Origin: a virus
Virus record (IMG/VR): IMGVR_UViG_3300030333_002628
Location: 7,266 to 71,265 of that record
Length of the DNA stretch: 64,000 nucleotides
Direction: 5' to 3' (one strand)
Part shown: one piece after another, positions 30,344-39,009 of the stretch
Position numbering within the stretch: position 1 is the first letter of the stretch
Layout of the letters: every line of letters starts with the position of its first letter
Translations under genes and position numbers: made by a program
The notes under the pieces: generated by a model
What the model was told of the DNA's origin: nothing
The model's database searches: none
The model's input: the letters and a program-made list of their open reading frames with translations, nothing else

Positions 30344-30515
30344 CATTCTTTTTTTACATTCTCATTAATTCAGAATTAAAAAACCGTGATACTGCGCCCC
30401 TATTCTTTATTTGTTTTATTTCTTCAAAGGTATTTTAGATAGACTCCTTATTATATCTCTAAAATACTATTGAATTAATTGAAGAATTACAGAAAGTGGT
30501 ATACTGCGAGCCTCT
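30344..30515. repeat. Element A: AT-rich quasi-palindromic intergenic element, inverted homolog of 46622-46794
   Basis: GTATTTTAGA(30430-39)-18 nt-TCTAAAATAC(30458-67) inside TTCTTCAA...TTGAAGAA arms; two AAA.....ATACTGCG boxes. Confidence 0.8.
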
Positions 30516-30525
30516 TTTTTTGTTT

Positions 30526-31446
30526 TCACCCCTCAACCTTTCTGAAAGAATTGAGAAACCAAAGATGCTGTATCTTGTCCCACTCTTGGTCTGTCATTTT
30601 TCCTCTCTTCTTGTATCTTACATTAGATGTTATTCTTCTATACTCACTTGTCATATCTGTTATTACAGCATCTAAATTAGCGTATAGAATATCTCTCTGT
30701 AAGTTAGTGAGATTCCTGACGAATCTTTTTAACGGTCTCATCTGGACTAATCCATCATCCACTTCCTTGAACAATCTTATCTCCACCTTGTTTGGTTTAT
30801 GCCTTCCTTTCTTAGTAAGTTTATCCGTTATCTCAACAAACATATCATCATGTATTATTCTAAGAACGCTACTTCTGTGCTTTCTTGGCGTAGTGCCAGC
30901 AGATACTTTAACAGATTTACCAATCTTGATGAAACTCTCCCAAGAGTCAACCCTAATCTTACCTTTAAAGTAGCGCACTATCTCCTCATGCGCTAGGTCT
31001 TGTATTTCTGTGGTGTGCTGCACACCTACAATAACACTTTCTTTAGAGTTACTTTTTTGCACCCAGACTCCAAGAGTTCTATCGTTGTAGTCTAACAGGT
31101 AATCTTCCACTATCTTATAGACGCTAAAGTAGTCTAACATTTCTAGGAAGGTTCGGTAATCTATCTCTGGGTCGAAGTTTCTAATCAAATCCCATAGAAC
31201 TCTTCTATCAATTATAGTAAGTGTCTCCTTCTTGTATGAAATAATTATTATCGGTTGTTTCAGTAAGATAGAATAACGCTTGTTATGTTCCTCATCTCTC
31301 CTATACTCGTAGCGAAATGCCTGCGCCTCTTGTATTTCCATGTGCTTGACAAATAACTCTCGGTAGCGTGGCGTGCCATCGAACCCAACGAAATGCCCGT
31401 CATCGTTGAATAGCGAAGTGCTAGAAGTATAACCCGACTGTGGCAT
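30526..31446 (-). CDS. Hypothetical basic protein (306 aa)
   Basis: Long co-oriented ORF ending next to element A. Confidence 0.65.
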   Translation of the reverse strand: MPQSGYTSSTSLFNDDGHFVGFDGTPRYRELFVKHMEIQEAQAFRYEYRRDEEHNKRYSILLKQPIIIISYKKETLTIIDRRVLWDLIRNFDPEIDYRTFLEMLDYFSVYKIVEDYLLDYNDRTLGVWVQKSNSKESVIVGVQHTTEIQDLAHEEIVRYFKGKIRVDSWESFIKIGKSVKVSAGTTPRKHRSSVLRIIHDDMFVEITDKLTKKGRHKPNKVEIRLFKEVDDGLVQMRPLKRFVRNLTNLQRDILYANLDAVITDMTSEYRRITSNVRYKKRGKMTDQEWDKIQHLWFLNSFRKVEG

Positions 31447-31663
31447 TCCATTCCTCCCACCATTCGGCGTTTTCTTCCTTGTCCCTTCTAATCCACAGGC
31501 TGAAAGCCTTCATGGTAAGGCCGAAGTCATCACGTGTCTTATGCGTGTATTTCTTTGGCCCGTCTACTCCGAACCACTTGTAGGCTCTCCTCAGTAGTTC
31601 TTCTGGGTTATCCGCTAAGGTCTCCACTTCTTCCTCTGTGATTGGCCCTGTGTTTTCCCGCAT
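31421..31663 (-). CDS. Hypothetical protein
   Basis: 80-aa ORF with coupled overlaps. Confidence 0.55.
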   Translation of the reverse strand: MRENTGPITEEEVETLADNPEELLRRAYKWFGVDGPKKYTHKTRDDFGLTMKAFSLWIRRDKEENAEWWEEWNATVGLYF

Positions 31664-31983
31664 TATCTTCTCCTCCTCTTACTTTCTACCCAAGTTACAA
31701 ATCTTTCTTTATCTGTTACTTTAAATGCCTTCACCTGATTGTGATTGAATTCTCGTCCTCTGTTTAGAGTAGATGTCTCGACTCCTTGTGCGCCTCTTAG
31801 TAATTGCGAAATAGAATTGTTAGAGTAACCTGCGTTACGATAACGTCTAGTCTTTCTGTATTGAGTTTTTGCCTCACCGAGTTTGGTGTTGATTTGCTCT
31901 GCACTTAGCGGCTCAGGAGAGTTCAGCAGAACTTGACTTATCTGCTTCCTAATCTGGTAGCGTCCCTTACGTCCGTTTGGCAT
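31663..31983 (-). CDS. wHTH-like DNA-binding protein
   Basis: ISQVLLNSPEPLSAEQINTKL...YSNNSISQLLRG. Confidence 0.6.
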   Translation of the reverse strand: MPNGRKGRYQIRKQISQVLLNSPEPLSAEQINTKLGEAKTQYRKTRRYRNAGYSNNSISQLLRGAQGVETSTLNRGREFNHNQVKAFKVTDKERFVTWVESKRRRR

Positions 31984-31986
31984 AGT

Positions 31987-33589
31987 CTACCCACTCCTAG
32001 TCCGTTTATAGACCTTTTTATTCCTCTCAGTATAGCGTTTTTTTGCTGCAAAATATTCTTCCCATGTCTGGCTCATCAAATCACCCCGAATACTTTTATT
32101 GTTATCATAGCCGCTAGAATAAGATTTACACCACCCATCACAGTTCTCCAAAAAGCCATGACTCCCATGTGGTCGAGATACCATTTTTCACTCATCTTGT
32201 TTTCCTCTCCTATGCGCTGCGCTTCAAATAAGTCGCCCCAGTAACCCATTTACTCACTTAACTCCAAAGTTCCATTGTAATACTTACCGTCTATTTTTAC
32301 TCTTATTCTATAATCAATACCAGAGAATTCATCGTATGCAGAATCGCACTTTACCAGTCTTATTATGTGCGCGTCACCATTTGGTATAACAGGTAATTCT
32401 TCGGTCAATCTAACAACCCCAAATCAAAGTGATGCTTCCAAAATTGTATTGCTTCTTTTTTACAGGAGGGGCAGATAAGCACCCCAGTCACGCCGATGGT
32501 CTCCAACATGACCCCGTTTGGGTCTCCGGTAGTTCTACAGAAATAGCACATCATACTTACTCCTTCCTTTGTTCTAAGTAGCCAAGCGCTGTATCTCTAA
32601 TCTCTTCCAGTTCTTCTAACAGGTCTTCTATCTGCTCTCGACTCATATATTGAATCCTATCTATGTTTTTTGTTAAAGAAAAAGTCATAATTATATCTCC
32701 TAACAGCAAATCTCCCATGAGCAATCTTCTTCAATCTCTCTATCACATTCTCTGCAATGTAGTTTAACGGTTACGTGAACGGTGTTATCCGAAACATCAA
32801 CGTCCATATCTACTCCGTAGCCTATGAATTCAAACTGGCATTTTGCGAATTGCCCAGAATCGGAATCTCTACACATCAGTAAATAGCCCCCTCAACATAA
32901 ACTATCTTACCACACTCTCTGCACTTGATTTCAAACGACACGCACTCTGAGCCACCAACCCACACCTTATCAACCTTTTCTACATCGGTGTCCCATTCTT
33001 CATGGTCGCAGGCGGCCTGCTTTTCCTCTACGAACCTTTCCCACTTTGCGTCCGTATCTTCATCTTCGTATCTATGTTCATCCACCATGAATCACTTCCT
33101 TTATCTCGTCCTCATCATCTAAGTAATCAGTTATTATATCATCACCATCATAATGTGCTTTCATCCTTAAAACACAATGCCACCTTTCTCTATCTGTCAT
33201 AATTCGTGGGTCTCTCGCATTTGGGTTTACTTCATCCCATACTTGGTAGAACTCCGCTTCGTTCATGCAGTCATTCAGGAAGAATATGTCGCCAAACGCT
33301 ACGTCTCCTGTGTTGCAGAAGAAGCACCAGCGCTTGAATCTCCCGTTGTGGGTTTCATTTTTCATCACTTCCCAGCCCATCAGTTTTCCCCCGTCTTTGC
33401 ATTAACAAACCATTCAAAGATGTCCTTGTCTGCTTCATCAGTTATTGTAAAGATGCTACCAGACCTTAGATGAACTTCTATTATAACTTCCTCGTATGGA
33501 ACCTTTACAATAGCGGCTATCTCATCTATCCTGATTGTCGATATTCCAGAGTTTGTCTTAACCGTTACCCATTCTTTCGCGTCACTCAT
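31987..33589 (-). other. Cluster of tightly packed micro-ORFs (small TM, CxxC Zn-ribbon and acidic proteins)
   Basis: ORFs 32876-33088, 33078-33380 and 33380-33589, plus several <60-aa ORFs with CxxC motifs and coupled stop/start codons. Confidence 0.55.
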
Positions 33590-33590
33590 A

Positions 33591-34043
33591 TTACCAGTCC
33601 TCCGTTGCTATGTTCTTAATCTTTATCTTTCGGGCGCTGTTGCCAGTCCACATACAGTCGATGCCGTGTGCGTTCAAGGTCTCGATTATCTCAAGCCCTA
33701 TCCTGTCGAAGTCTGCGTCCTCTGAATCAGCGCCCCAGCCCAAGTAGCATTCGCCTCTTGATACTAGGTTCTCGTTATTTTGATTGTGAAAGTAAACATA
33801 CTTCGTTGCCTCATCTGGGATAGCAGCACAAGCACAAGACATACAGCACCAGAAATTCATGCGAGCAAAGAAACCCTTTCTTCTAAGTTCCACAAATGCT
33901 TTTCTCAAGTCTTCTCTTGTAATAGTTCTTTCAAGTAGGTTGAGTCCCTTGAACATTTTTTCTATCTCTTGTCCTTCATCATCATAACGAATACGAGAGG
34001 CCCAAAGTGAGTCTTCTTCTGTAATTACCCAAGGGTCTGTCAT
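33591..34043 (-). CDS. Conserved hypothetical protein (DUF6891-like)
   Basis: AFVELRRKGFFARMNFWCCMSC...YVYFHNQ...YLGWG...WTGN pattern; family name from recollection. Confidence 0.5.
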   Translation of the reverse strand: MTDPWVITEEDSLWASRIRYDDEGQEIEKMFKGLNLLERTITREDLRKAFVELRRKGFFARMNFWCCMSCACAAIPDEATKYVYFHNQNNENLVSRGECYLGWGADSEDADFDRIGLEIIETLNAHGIDCMWTGNSARKIKIKNIATEDW

Positions 34044-34147
34044 TATCTAGCCTCCGGTATTTTTTCTAGTATAATCTCTACTATATCGCTGCGTCCGTTT
34101 TTGTTTAACATGAATAATACATCATCTAAGTCCATTTTGTATGCCAT

Positions 34148-34486
34148 TTATTCTTCCTCCGTCTTCATTTTTACTGTAATGCCTCTCGCATCTGCTTTGC
34201 CTGTTGCGATATTATAACCTGTAATGTTCATACCTAGCCCCTTAAGTAACGTGTAATCTACCCAATGTTGGCGCTCAGTCGGAACATACCAGTCTTTGGT
34301 TTTTGTATCTTTGTCTTCACCCCTAAAGATATGACCTCCTGTATCAGTTATCTCATGTGATACAATAGTTATTATCCTATGGTTATGTCGGTTTTGGTAT
34401 AAGTGTCCGACTATGAATGTTGTTGCTGCGCTCATACTAACAAGTCTCCCACCATTCATCATCTGAAACAAAGTGTAACACTTCAT
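34148..34486 (-). CDS. Hypothetical protein
   Basis: Co-oriented ORF; the true start is probably MSAATT. Confidence 0.5.
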   Translation of the reverse strand: MKCYTLFQMMNGGRLVSMSAATTFIVGHLYQNRHNHRIITIVSHEITDTGGHIFRGEDKDTKTKDWYVPTERQHWVDYTLLKGLGMNITGYNIATGKADARGITVKMKTEEE

Positions 34487-34919
34487 CGTATGGAATCTTC
34501 ACACCGTTGATTATCAACCATTCTATCTCATTTCCTCTAATGATTATCTTATAGTTAAAAGCCTGTGAGTCATCGTGACTGGTAATGTAAATCCCGCCCA
34601 TCTTACAGGGAGTCTCAAAGTTTCCGTCCTTGGTGTAGTGGTAATTTGTCTGCCTATCCTTGAACCAGCCTATCATTTGAGCCGCTAAACAGCCCGCACC
34701 ATTGGCCCTTCTTTGTCCCATGTCGAAATCTTCCGGTAATGGGAAAACTAAACCGCCATGCTTGAGTGAAACTAACTTTAGGAATTCAAGTATCTCATTT
34801 CCATGAACCGTAGGATAACCGTCAAACTGTCTGTAGAAAGTCACGATAGGAACTTCTACTTCATTTCCGTCCCAGTCTTCTTGTATCTCTACAATCTGTG
34901 TTGTGCTTCTTGTGCCCAT
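34437..34919 (-). CDS. Conserved phage protein, MGTRS...YRQFDGYP family
   Basis: N-terminal GTRS and DGYP..HG motifs are common in phage accessory genes; own promoter upstream. Confidence 0.65.
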   Translation of the reverse strand: MGTRSTTQIVEIQEDWDGNEVEVPIVTFYRQFDGYPTVHGNEILEFLKLVSLKHGGLVFPLPEDFDMGQRRANGAGCLAAQMIGWFKDRQTNYHYTKDGNFETPCKMGGIYITSHDDSQAFNYKIIIRGNEIEWLIINGVKIPYDEVLHFVSDDEWWETC

Positions 34920-34933
34920 GTTTTACCGCACCC

Positions 34934-34949
34934 CATACCCCTTAATAAA
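34934..34949 (-). promoter_or_regulatory. Promoter class TTTATTAAGGGGTATG
   Basis: Identical at 35998-36013 and near-identical at 46554-46568; each is 29-31 nt above an ATG. Confidence 0.75.
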
Positions 34950-35156
34950 GTCTTCCATTTTTCACACAGCCCCCGCCAGATTTGCTATAGCCGCAGCCGC
35001 CGAGAGGCAAGTTGACCCCCAAGCATTTTCTACATTACCAATTCTTCTTAATACCTTGATATAAGTGTCAAAATTGGGTCGCTCGCTAATATCGTAGGGG
35101 TTGCCGTCTGAATCGTATTCTATCATTTAATCTACTCCTGTATTTTAACCGCCATT

Positions 35157-35483
35157 TTAGAATGCTCTGATGATATATCCGCCTGTAGCCTTGATTGGAA
35201 TAACTGTCGTTCTATCCTGTAGGTCTCGCATAGTTTCAATGTTATCGTAGTCTTGCTGTATCTGTTGAAATGACAGGTATTCTACGAATTCAGAATCAAT
35301 TGCTATAACATCTAATTCAAGATGCTCTCCCATATCTTGAGATAGGTCGTAGAGATAGTGGAACAGTTCTTCTAGGCCAAAAGTAGTCCAGCCAGCCATC
35401 CTACCGCGCTCTTGAAAAGCGTTGACGAAACCGTAAACGCCGATAGTTTCTATAATTGCTATACTACCACCCTCCGTTATCAA
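35157..35483 (-). CDS. Acidic conserved phage protein (possible DNA-mimic/anti-restriction type)
   Basis: F.NAF...GR...T..GLEELFHYL......LELDVIAIDSEFVEY; function is inference. Confidence 0.5.
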   Translation of the reverse strand: MITEGGSIAIIETIGVYGFVNAFQERGRMAGWTTFGLEELFHYLYDLSQDMGEHLELDVIAIDSEFVEYLSFQQIQQDYDNIETMRDLQDRTTVIPIKATGGYIIRAF

Positions 35484-35763
35484 TTATTGTATGTGCGTAT
35501 CTGTGCAAGTCTTCCCATGATTCTAAATCACCTGCTTTAATGGTGAAATCATCTAGGTCGGCCTCTGGTTCAAAGATAATGGTTAAACTTACACCGAAAG
35601 AATGAGACTCAGGGGTTTCACTCTCGCCACCGTCCGCCGCTATCTCGTAAGCCACGCCGTTATGAATTCCTTCCCATCTCACGCGGTCTCCTCCTTGTTT
35701 ATCGTGTGCGTTGGGTCGGTGCTTATCTCCCAGCCTGACGGGGTATCGTAGGTCTTGGGGCAA
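35464..35763 (-). CDS. Hypothetical acidic protein
   Basis: Co-oriented ORF; start uncertain. Confidence 0.45.
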   Translation of the reverse strand: MPQDLRYPVRLGDKHRPNAHDKQGGDRVRWEGIHNGVAYEIAADGGESETPESHSFGVSLTIIFEPEADLDDFTIKAGDLESWEDLHRYAHTIIDNGGW

Positions 35764-35984
35764 GGCTCAATCTCCGTGTTCATTGGGCGCATCCAGTCGC
35801 GGTAGAACTTCCCGCCCTCTAGGGGGGATGGGTTCAGCCATGTCTTCATCTGGTGGTTGCTCGTCTTGTTATAGTAAGCCACTAGTGCCTCATCTATAAC
35901 CTGCGCCACTTCTGCCGTTCTTTCTTTAGTCATGTGGTGAAATGCAATACGCATTCTCCATAATTGGGGTTCTTGTTCCGCCAT
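35679..35984 (-). CDS. Hypothetical protein, first gene of the leftward transcription unit
   Basis: ATG 29 nt below TTTATTAAGGGGTATG. Confidence 0.6.
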   Translation of the reverse strand: MAEQEPQLWRMRIAFHHMTKERTAEVAQVIDEALVAYYNKTSNHQMKTWLNPSPLEGGKFYRDWMRPMNTEIEPCPKTYDTPSGWEISTDPTHTINKEETA

Positions 35985-35997
35985 AAATCCCAGACAG

Positions 35998-36013
35998 CAT
36001 ACCCCTTAATAAA
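35998..36013 (-). promoter_or_regulatory. Promoter class TTTATTAAGGGGTATG
   Basis: 29 nt above the ATG at 35984. Confidence 0.75.
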
Positions 36014-36135
36014 CCCACCGATTTACCTAGTGTAGAAAGTAAACCAGCATTATTTAAAGTATGTATTATTCTAAGTCTTAGGATAGCGGGTAAAGTAGAT
36101 TTGCTTTAGCGGATAAAGTAGGTCGGCGGAGGCGC

Positions 36136-36354
36136 TACCTACAAATTTCTTATCTACAAACCTTATCTACAAATGAAGTTATCTACAAATCACGTGGGTA
36201 TAAGTAGTTTGCTAAGGGTTTATGTAGTGGTTTTCTTATCTACAAAGAAAAATCCATTGCGTGCGTTCTAAGGCCGGAAAACGAAATCCAGGTCTCAAGG
36301 TAGCATCGCCGGGTAGTTCGCGCTCAGATTGCACGCCAGACGATTTGTAGATAA
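36136..36354. repeat. TTTGTAGATA repeat cluster 1
   Basis: 4 reverse copies (TTATCTACAAA) and 1 forward copy, plus degenerate copies. Confidence 0.95.
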
Positions 36355-36600
36355 CACCTATAAACAAATTTGTTGATAGGTAAGTGTAGATTCTGCACTA
36401 ATGGTTATTTTTGTAACCTAATGTAATGTATACAGCAGGTGTATTTTGCCACACTTAGTAACTTTTTAGTATTTAATGTTATTTTTGCACGAACTTTACC
36501 TTTTACACCAATTTTAATTTCAGATACCTAGTGCCTCTATCACATCAGGTAATTTTTCCTACATCTGGTGTTATAATTACACCGCCTCACTCGGCCCATG

Positions 36601-36746
36601 TATCTACAAAGTTGTAGATAATAAACTTAGCGGTTTACTTTTTGCACTAACTGTGGGCGCGAAGCGCAAGTGTGATTTCCAACACCTAGTGTAATTTTTG
36701 CACCGCCCCCAGGCGCGTAGCGCCTACCTACAAATTTGTAGATAAG
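36601..36746. repeat. TTTGTAGATA repeat cluster 2 (two palindromic pairs)
   Basis: TATCTACAAAGTTGTAGATA at 36601-36620; TACCTACAAATTTGTAGATAAG at 36725-36746. Confidence 0.95.
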
Positions 36747-36788
36747 GGGGGCGTGGGGTTAATATAGTAGGGGTGCGTAGGGTGAGAC

Positions 36789-37196
36789 ATGGCAATTGGC
36801 GGACATGGAACCATCAACCACTATACTGACGGTGAAACTAGAATAGTCATTAGACCACAACCTGTATTATACACGTTAAAGGAAGTGGTGGTAGGTATGT
36901 GGGACATTGACAAGACGACTGACTGGGATGACGAAGGTAATCAAACTGTTAAACTACACGAAACCCTGTGGCAAGGGACGATGGAGAGATACGGTAACAG
37001 GAAGGGTATGGTAGAATACCTATTAATTCACGTTTACGAGAATGCTATCAGGAACCCAGATTGGTGTCCTACAATAAATACTAACTCAAGATATGACGAA
37101 ATCCCCGATGGGTGCAGAGGTAGAATAGAAGACTTCGTTCTTAGAATAATGCCTACTCTACGTGGAGACAAGCACCCTCACAGGGAGGACGGCTGA
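36789..37196 (+). CDS. Hypothetical protein (island cassette 1)
   Basis: ATG 30 nt below TTAATATA; followed by a T-rich tract. Confidence 0.7.
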   Translation: MAIGGHGTINHYTDGETRIVIRPQPVLYTLKEVVVGMWDIDKTTDWDDEGNQTVKLHETLWQGTMERYGNRKGMVEYLLIHVYENAIRNPDWCPTINTNSRYDEIPDGCRGRIEDFVLRIMPTLRGDKHPHREDG

Positions 37197-37276
37197 AGCG
37201 ACTCACCAGAGACGGAGGTATTTTGACAGTTATTTTATTTTTCTATTTTATTTTTTATTTTTCACAGATATTTTTC

Positions 37277-37336
37277 TTTGTAGATAACCTATAACCAAAT
37301 TTGTAGATAAGGGCTTATCCACAAATTTGTAGATAA
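37277..37336 (+). repeat. TTTGTAGATA repeat cluster 3
   Basis: 3 forward copies plus a degenerate reverse copy, then a TTCATAAC box at 37350. Confidence 0.95.
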
Positions 37337-37378
37337 CCTGGCCGATGGGTTCATAACCTGGTAGGGGGTAGCGGTGGT

Positions 37379-37588
37379 ATGAGTGGCGAAGTAGACTGTC
37401 ATGCAATACCAGAAGAACTAACTTGTGTCCTCTGTGGTTTACCGATTAAAACAGACTGGGCGGGATGGAAGTATGGGCATAATGCGTTACCTGTTAAAGT
37501 AGGTCGAGCCTGTGATGATTGTCAGATTACTGTTATTCTACCTGCGAGAATAGGTATGATAATAGATACAGTAGGGGAGGAAGAATAA
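37379..37588 (+). CDS. Small Zn-finger protein (island cassette 2)
   Basis: CVLCG...YGHNALPV..GRACDDC...VILPAR; ATG 29 nt below TTCATAAC. Confidence 0.7.
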   Translation: MSGEVDCHAIPEELTCVLCGLPIKTDWAGWKYGHNALPVKVGRACDDCQITVILPARIGMIIDTVGEEE

Positions 37589-37590
37589 CC

Positions 37591-37767
37591 ATGATTCCAC
37601 ATCAGGTTGTATGTGATGGGTGCGGGGAGACTCACTTCCTAGATACTATAACAGAAGTAGTAGAATGGATGAGTGCCCACTACGATGCCTGTGATGACCC
37701 GAAGGTATACAAGAAACTCATAGTTAATCTAAAAGATAAACTAGAATACGAAGGGAGGTTAGAATAA
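37591..37767 (+). CDS. Small C2H2-like Zn-finger protein
   Basis: MIPHQVVCDGCG...WMSAHYDAC; GGAGG SD. Confidence 0.6.
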   Translation: MIPHQVVCDGCGETHFLDTITEVVEWMSAHYDACDDPKVYKKLIVNLKDKLEYEGRLE

Positions 37768-37769
37768 CC

Positions 37770-37919
37770 ATGAAATCATGTGAAGTAGACATTGATGACG
37801 ATTGCGTTGGTGAGGCAGAATATCTGGTCTTGGGCTTGCACACACGAAGATATTGCTGTGGCCCTTGCCTAGAACACGCGCCGGGCGATGTAGATATTGT
37901 TAACATTAAAGTAATGTAG
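37770..37919 (+). CDS. Small Cys-rich protein (49 aa, not in ORF track)
   Basis: Manual translation MKSCEVDIDDDCVGEAEYLVLGLHTRRYCCGPCLEHAPGDVDIVNIKVM; GGAGG SD. Confidence 0.6.
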   Translation: MKSCEVDIDDDCVGEAEYLVLGLHTRRYCCGPCLEHAPGDVDIVNIKVM

Positions 37920-37995
37920 TCAAAAAAACAGTTAAACTAGGTCAGATATTTTAATTTTTATTTTATTTTTCATTTTTTCACTCAAAAGGGGCGAA

Positions 37996-38064
37996 ATTTG
38001 TAGATAAGCCCCCAATATACCCAAATTTGTAGATAAGAGCGCTATATACAAATTTGTAGATAAG
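37996..38064 (+). repeat. TTTGTAGATA repeat cluster 4
   Basis: 3 forward AAATTTGTAGATAAG copies about 27-29 nt apart, then TTCATAAG at 38076. Confidence 0.95.
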
Positions 38065-38104
38065 AGAGCGACAGGTTCATAAGGTGGAGGGTGGTGGTGG
38101 TGTC

Positions 38105-38356
38105 ATGGCGAACTACCCAAGAGGGAAAAACACCGATACAATAAACCTAACACCAAGTCCTAGCGGATTCTTCGATATGCTATGGCTCATTGCTACTTCA
38201 AGTGAAAATGTAGGAGACAGGGAGTATGCTAGAAGAACGCTTAAAGCAGGTTACATACGTGGTTTAGCAAGTATACCAGATGACCTAGAAGGTAGTATAA
38301 CAGAAATGACAAGCGGGGAACCAATCGAAGATATGATTCCTGACGAGAGGGAGTAA
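38105..38356 (+). CDS. Hypothetical protein (island cassette 3)
   Basis: Start set at MANYPRG, 29 nt below TTCATAAG. Confidence 0.65.
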   Translation: MANYPRGKNTDTINLTPSPSGFFDMLWLIATSSENVGDREYARRTLKAGYIRGLASIPDDLEGSITEMTSGEPIEDMIPDERE

Positions 38357-38357
38357 A

Positions 38358-38525
38358 ATGGCACTATCAAGAAAGCACTTCAGAGAAATGGCGAAGGCTT
38401 GCGCTCGCCTCCCTGATGATGATAACAAAACAGTTATTGTAAACACGCTCGCTAAAATAAATGCTAACGCAAACCCCAGATTCCAGAGGGGGAGATTCCT
38501 AGCCGCTTGCTATAGGAAGGAGTGA
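38358..38525 (+). CDS. Small conserved phage protein (55 aa; SRKHF...NPRF...RFL.AC)
   Basis: Manual translation MALSRKHFREMAKACARLPDDDNKTVIVNTLAKINANANPRFQRGRFLAACYRKE. Confidence 0.65.
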   Translation: MALSRKHFREMAKACARLPDDDNKTVIVNTLAKINANANPRFQRGRFLAACYRKE

Positions 38526-38606
38526 CCGTTAAAGTAACTGGGATCGAAATAGTTTACCTAGTATTTTATATTTTTATTTTACTTTTTATTTTTATTTTTT
38601 CTTTTT

Positions 38607-38798
38607 ATTTGTAGATAATTTTTTATTTGTAGATAACGGCTATCTACAAATTTGTAGATAGGAGGATGCTGCGATTCTTATCTACAAATATTACCTGGCG
38701 GCTTATCTACAAATTATTATCTACAAATCTGAGCCTGCCGCTTATCTACAAATATTCATCCCTGCTTATCTACAAATGGATTCACACTATCTACAAAT
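38607..38798. repeat. TTTGTAGATA repeat cluster 5 with orientation switch
   Basis: 2 forward copies, the perfect 20-bp palindrome TATCTACAAATTTGTAGATA (38641-38660), then 6 reverse copies. Confidence 0.95.
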
Positions 38799-38865
38799 GG
38801 CTCGGAAGGCCCAAAAATGGCCTAAAATAACGGTGACTATAAGTAGCGGTGGCCTCTCACAGCAC

Positions 38866-39000
38866 CTGCCGACTTGTCGGCCTACCGAAATCTGGCTGGG
38901 AACAGTCAGAAGAACCCGCGCATCCTGATGCGTTTACAGCCCTGACAAAAAGGGGCTGAGGGGGACTTGACGCAGAAAGACGAGTCGGCGCTCTAAGGAG
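38866..39000 (+). ncRNA. Candidate structured 5' leader / cis-regulatory RNA
   Basis: Starts about 30 nt below ACTATAAG (38836). 11-bp closing stem 38868-78/38979-89 encloses three hairpins, one with a GGAA tetraloop. Ends at the AAGGAGG SD. Confidence 0.55.
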
Positions 39001-39009
39001 GAAAAACGA

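Noticed and set aside
30479-30973. 164-aa + strand hydrophobic ORF, and the many other short antisense ORFs in the track
   Set aside because: They are shadow ORFs opposite well-supported genes, with no SD or promoter support.
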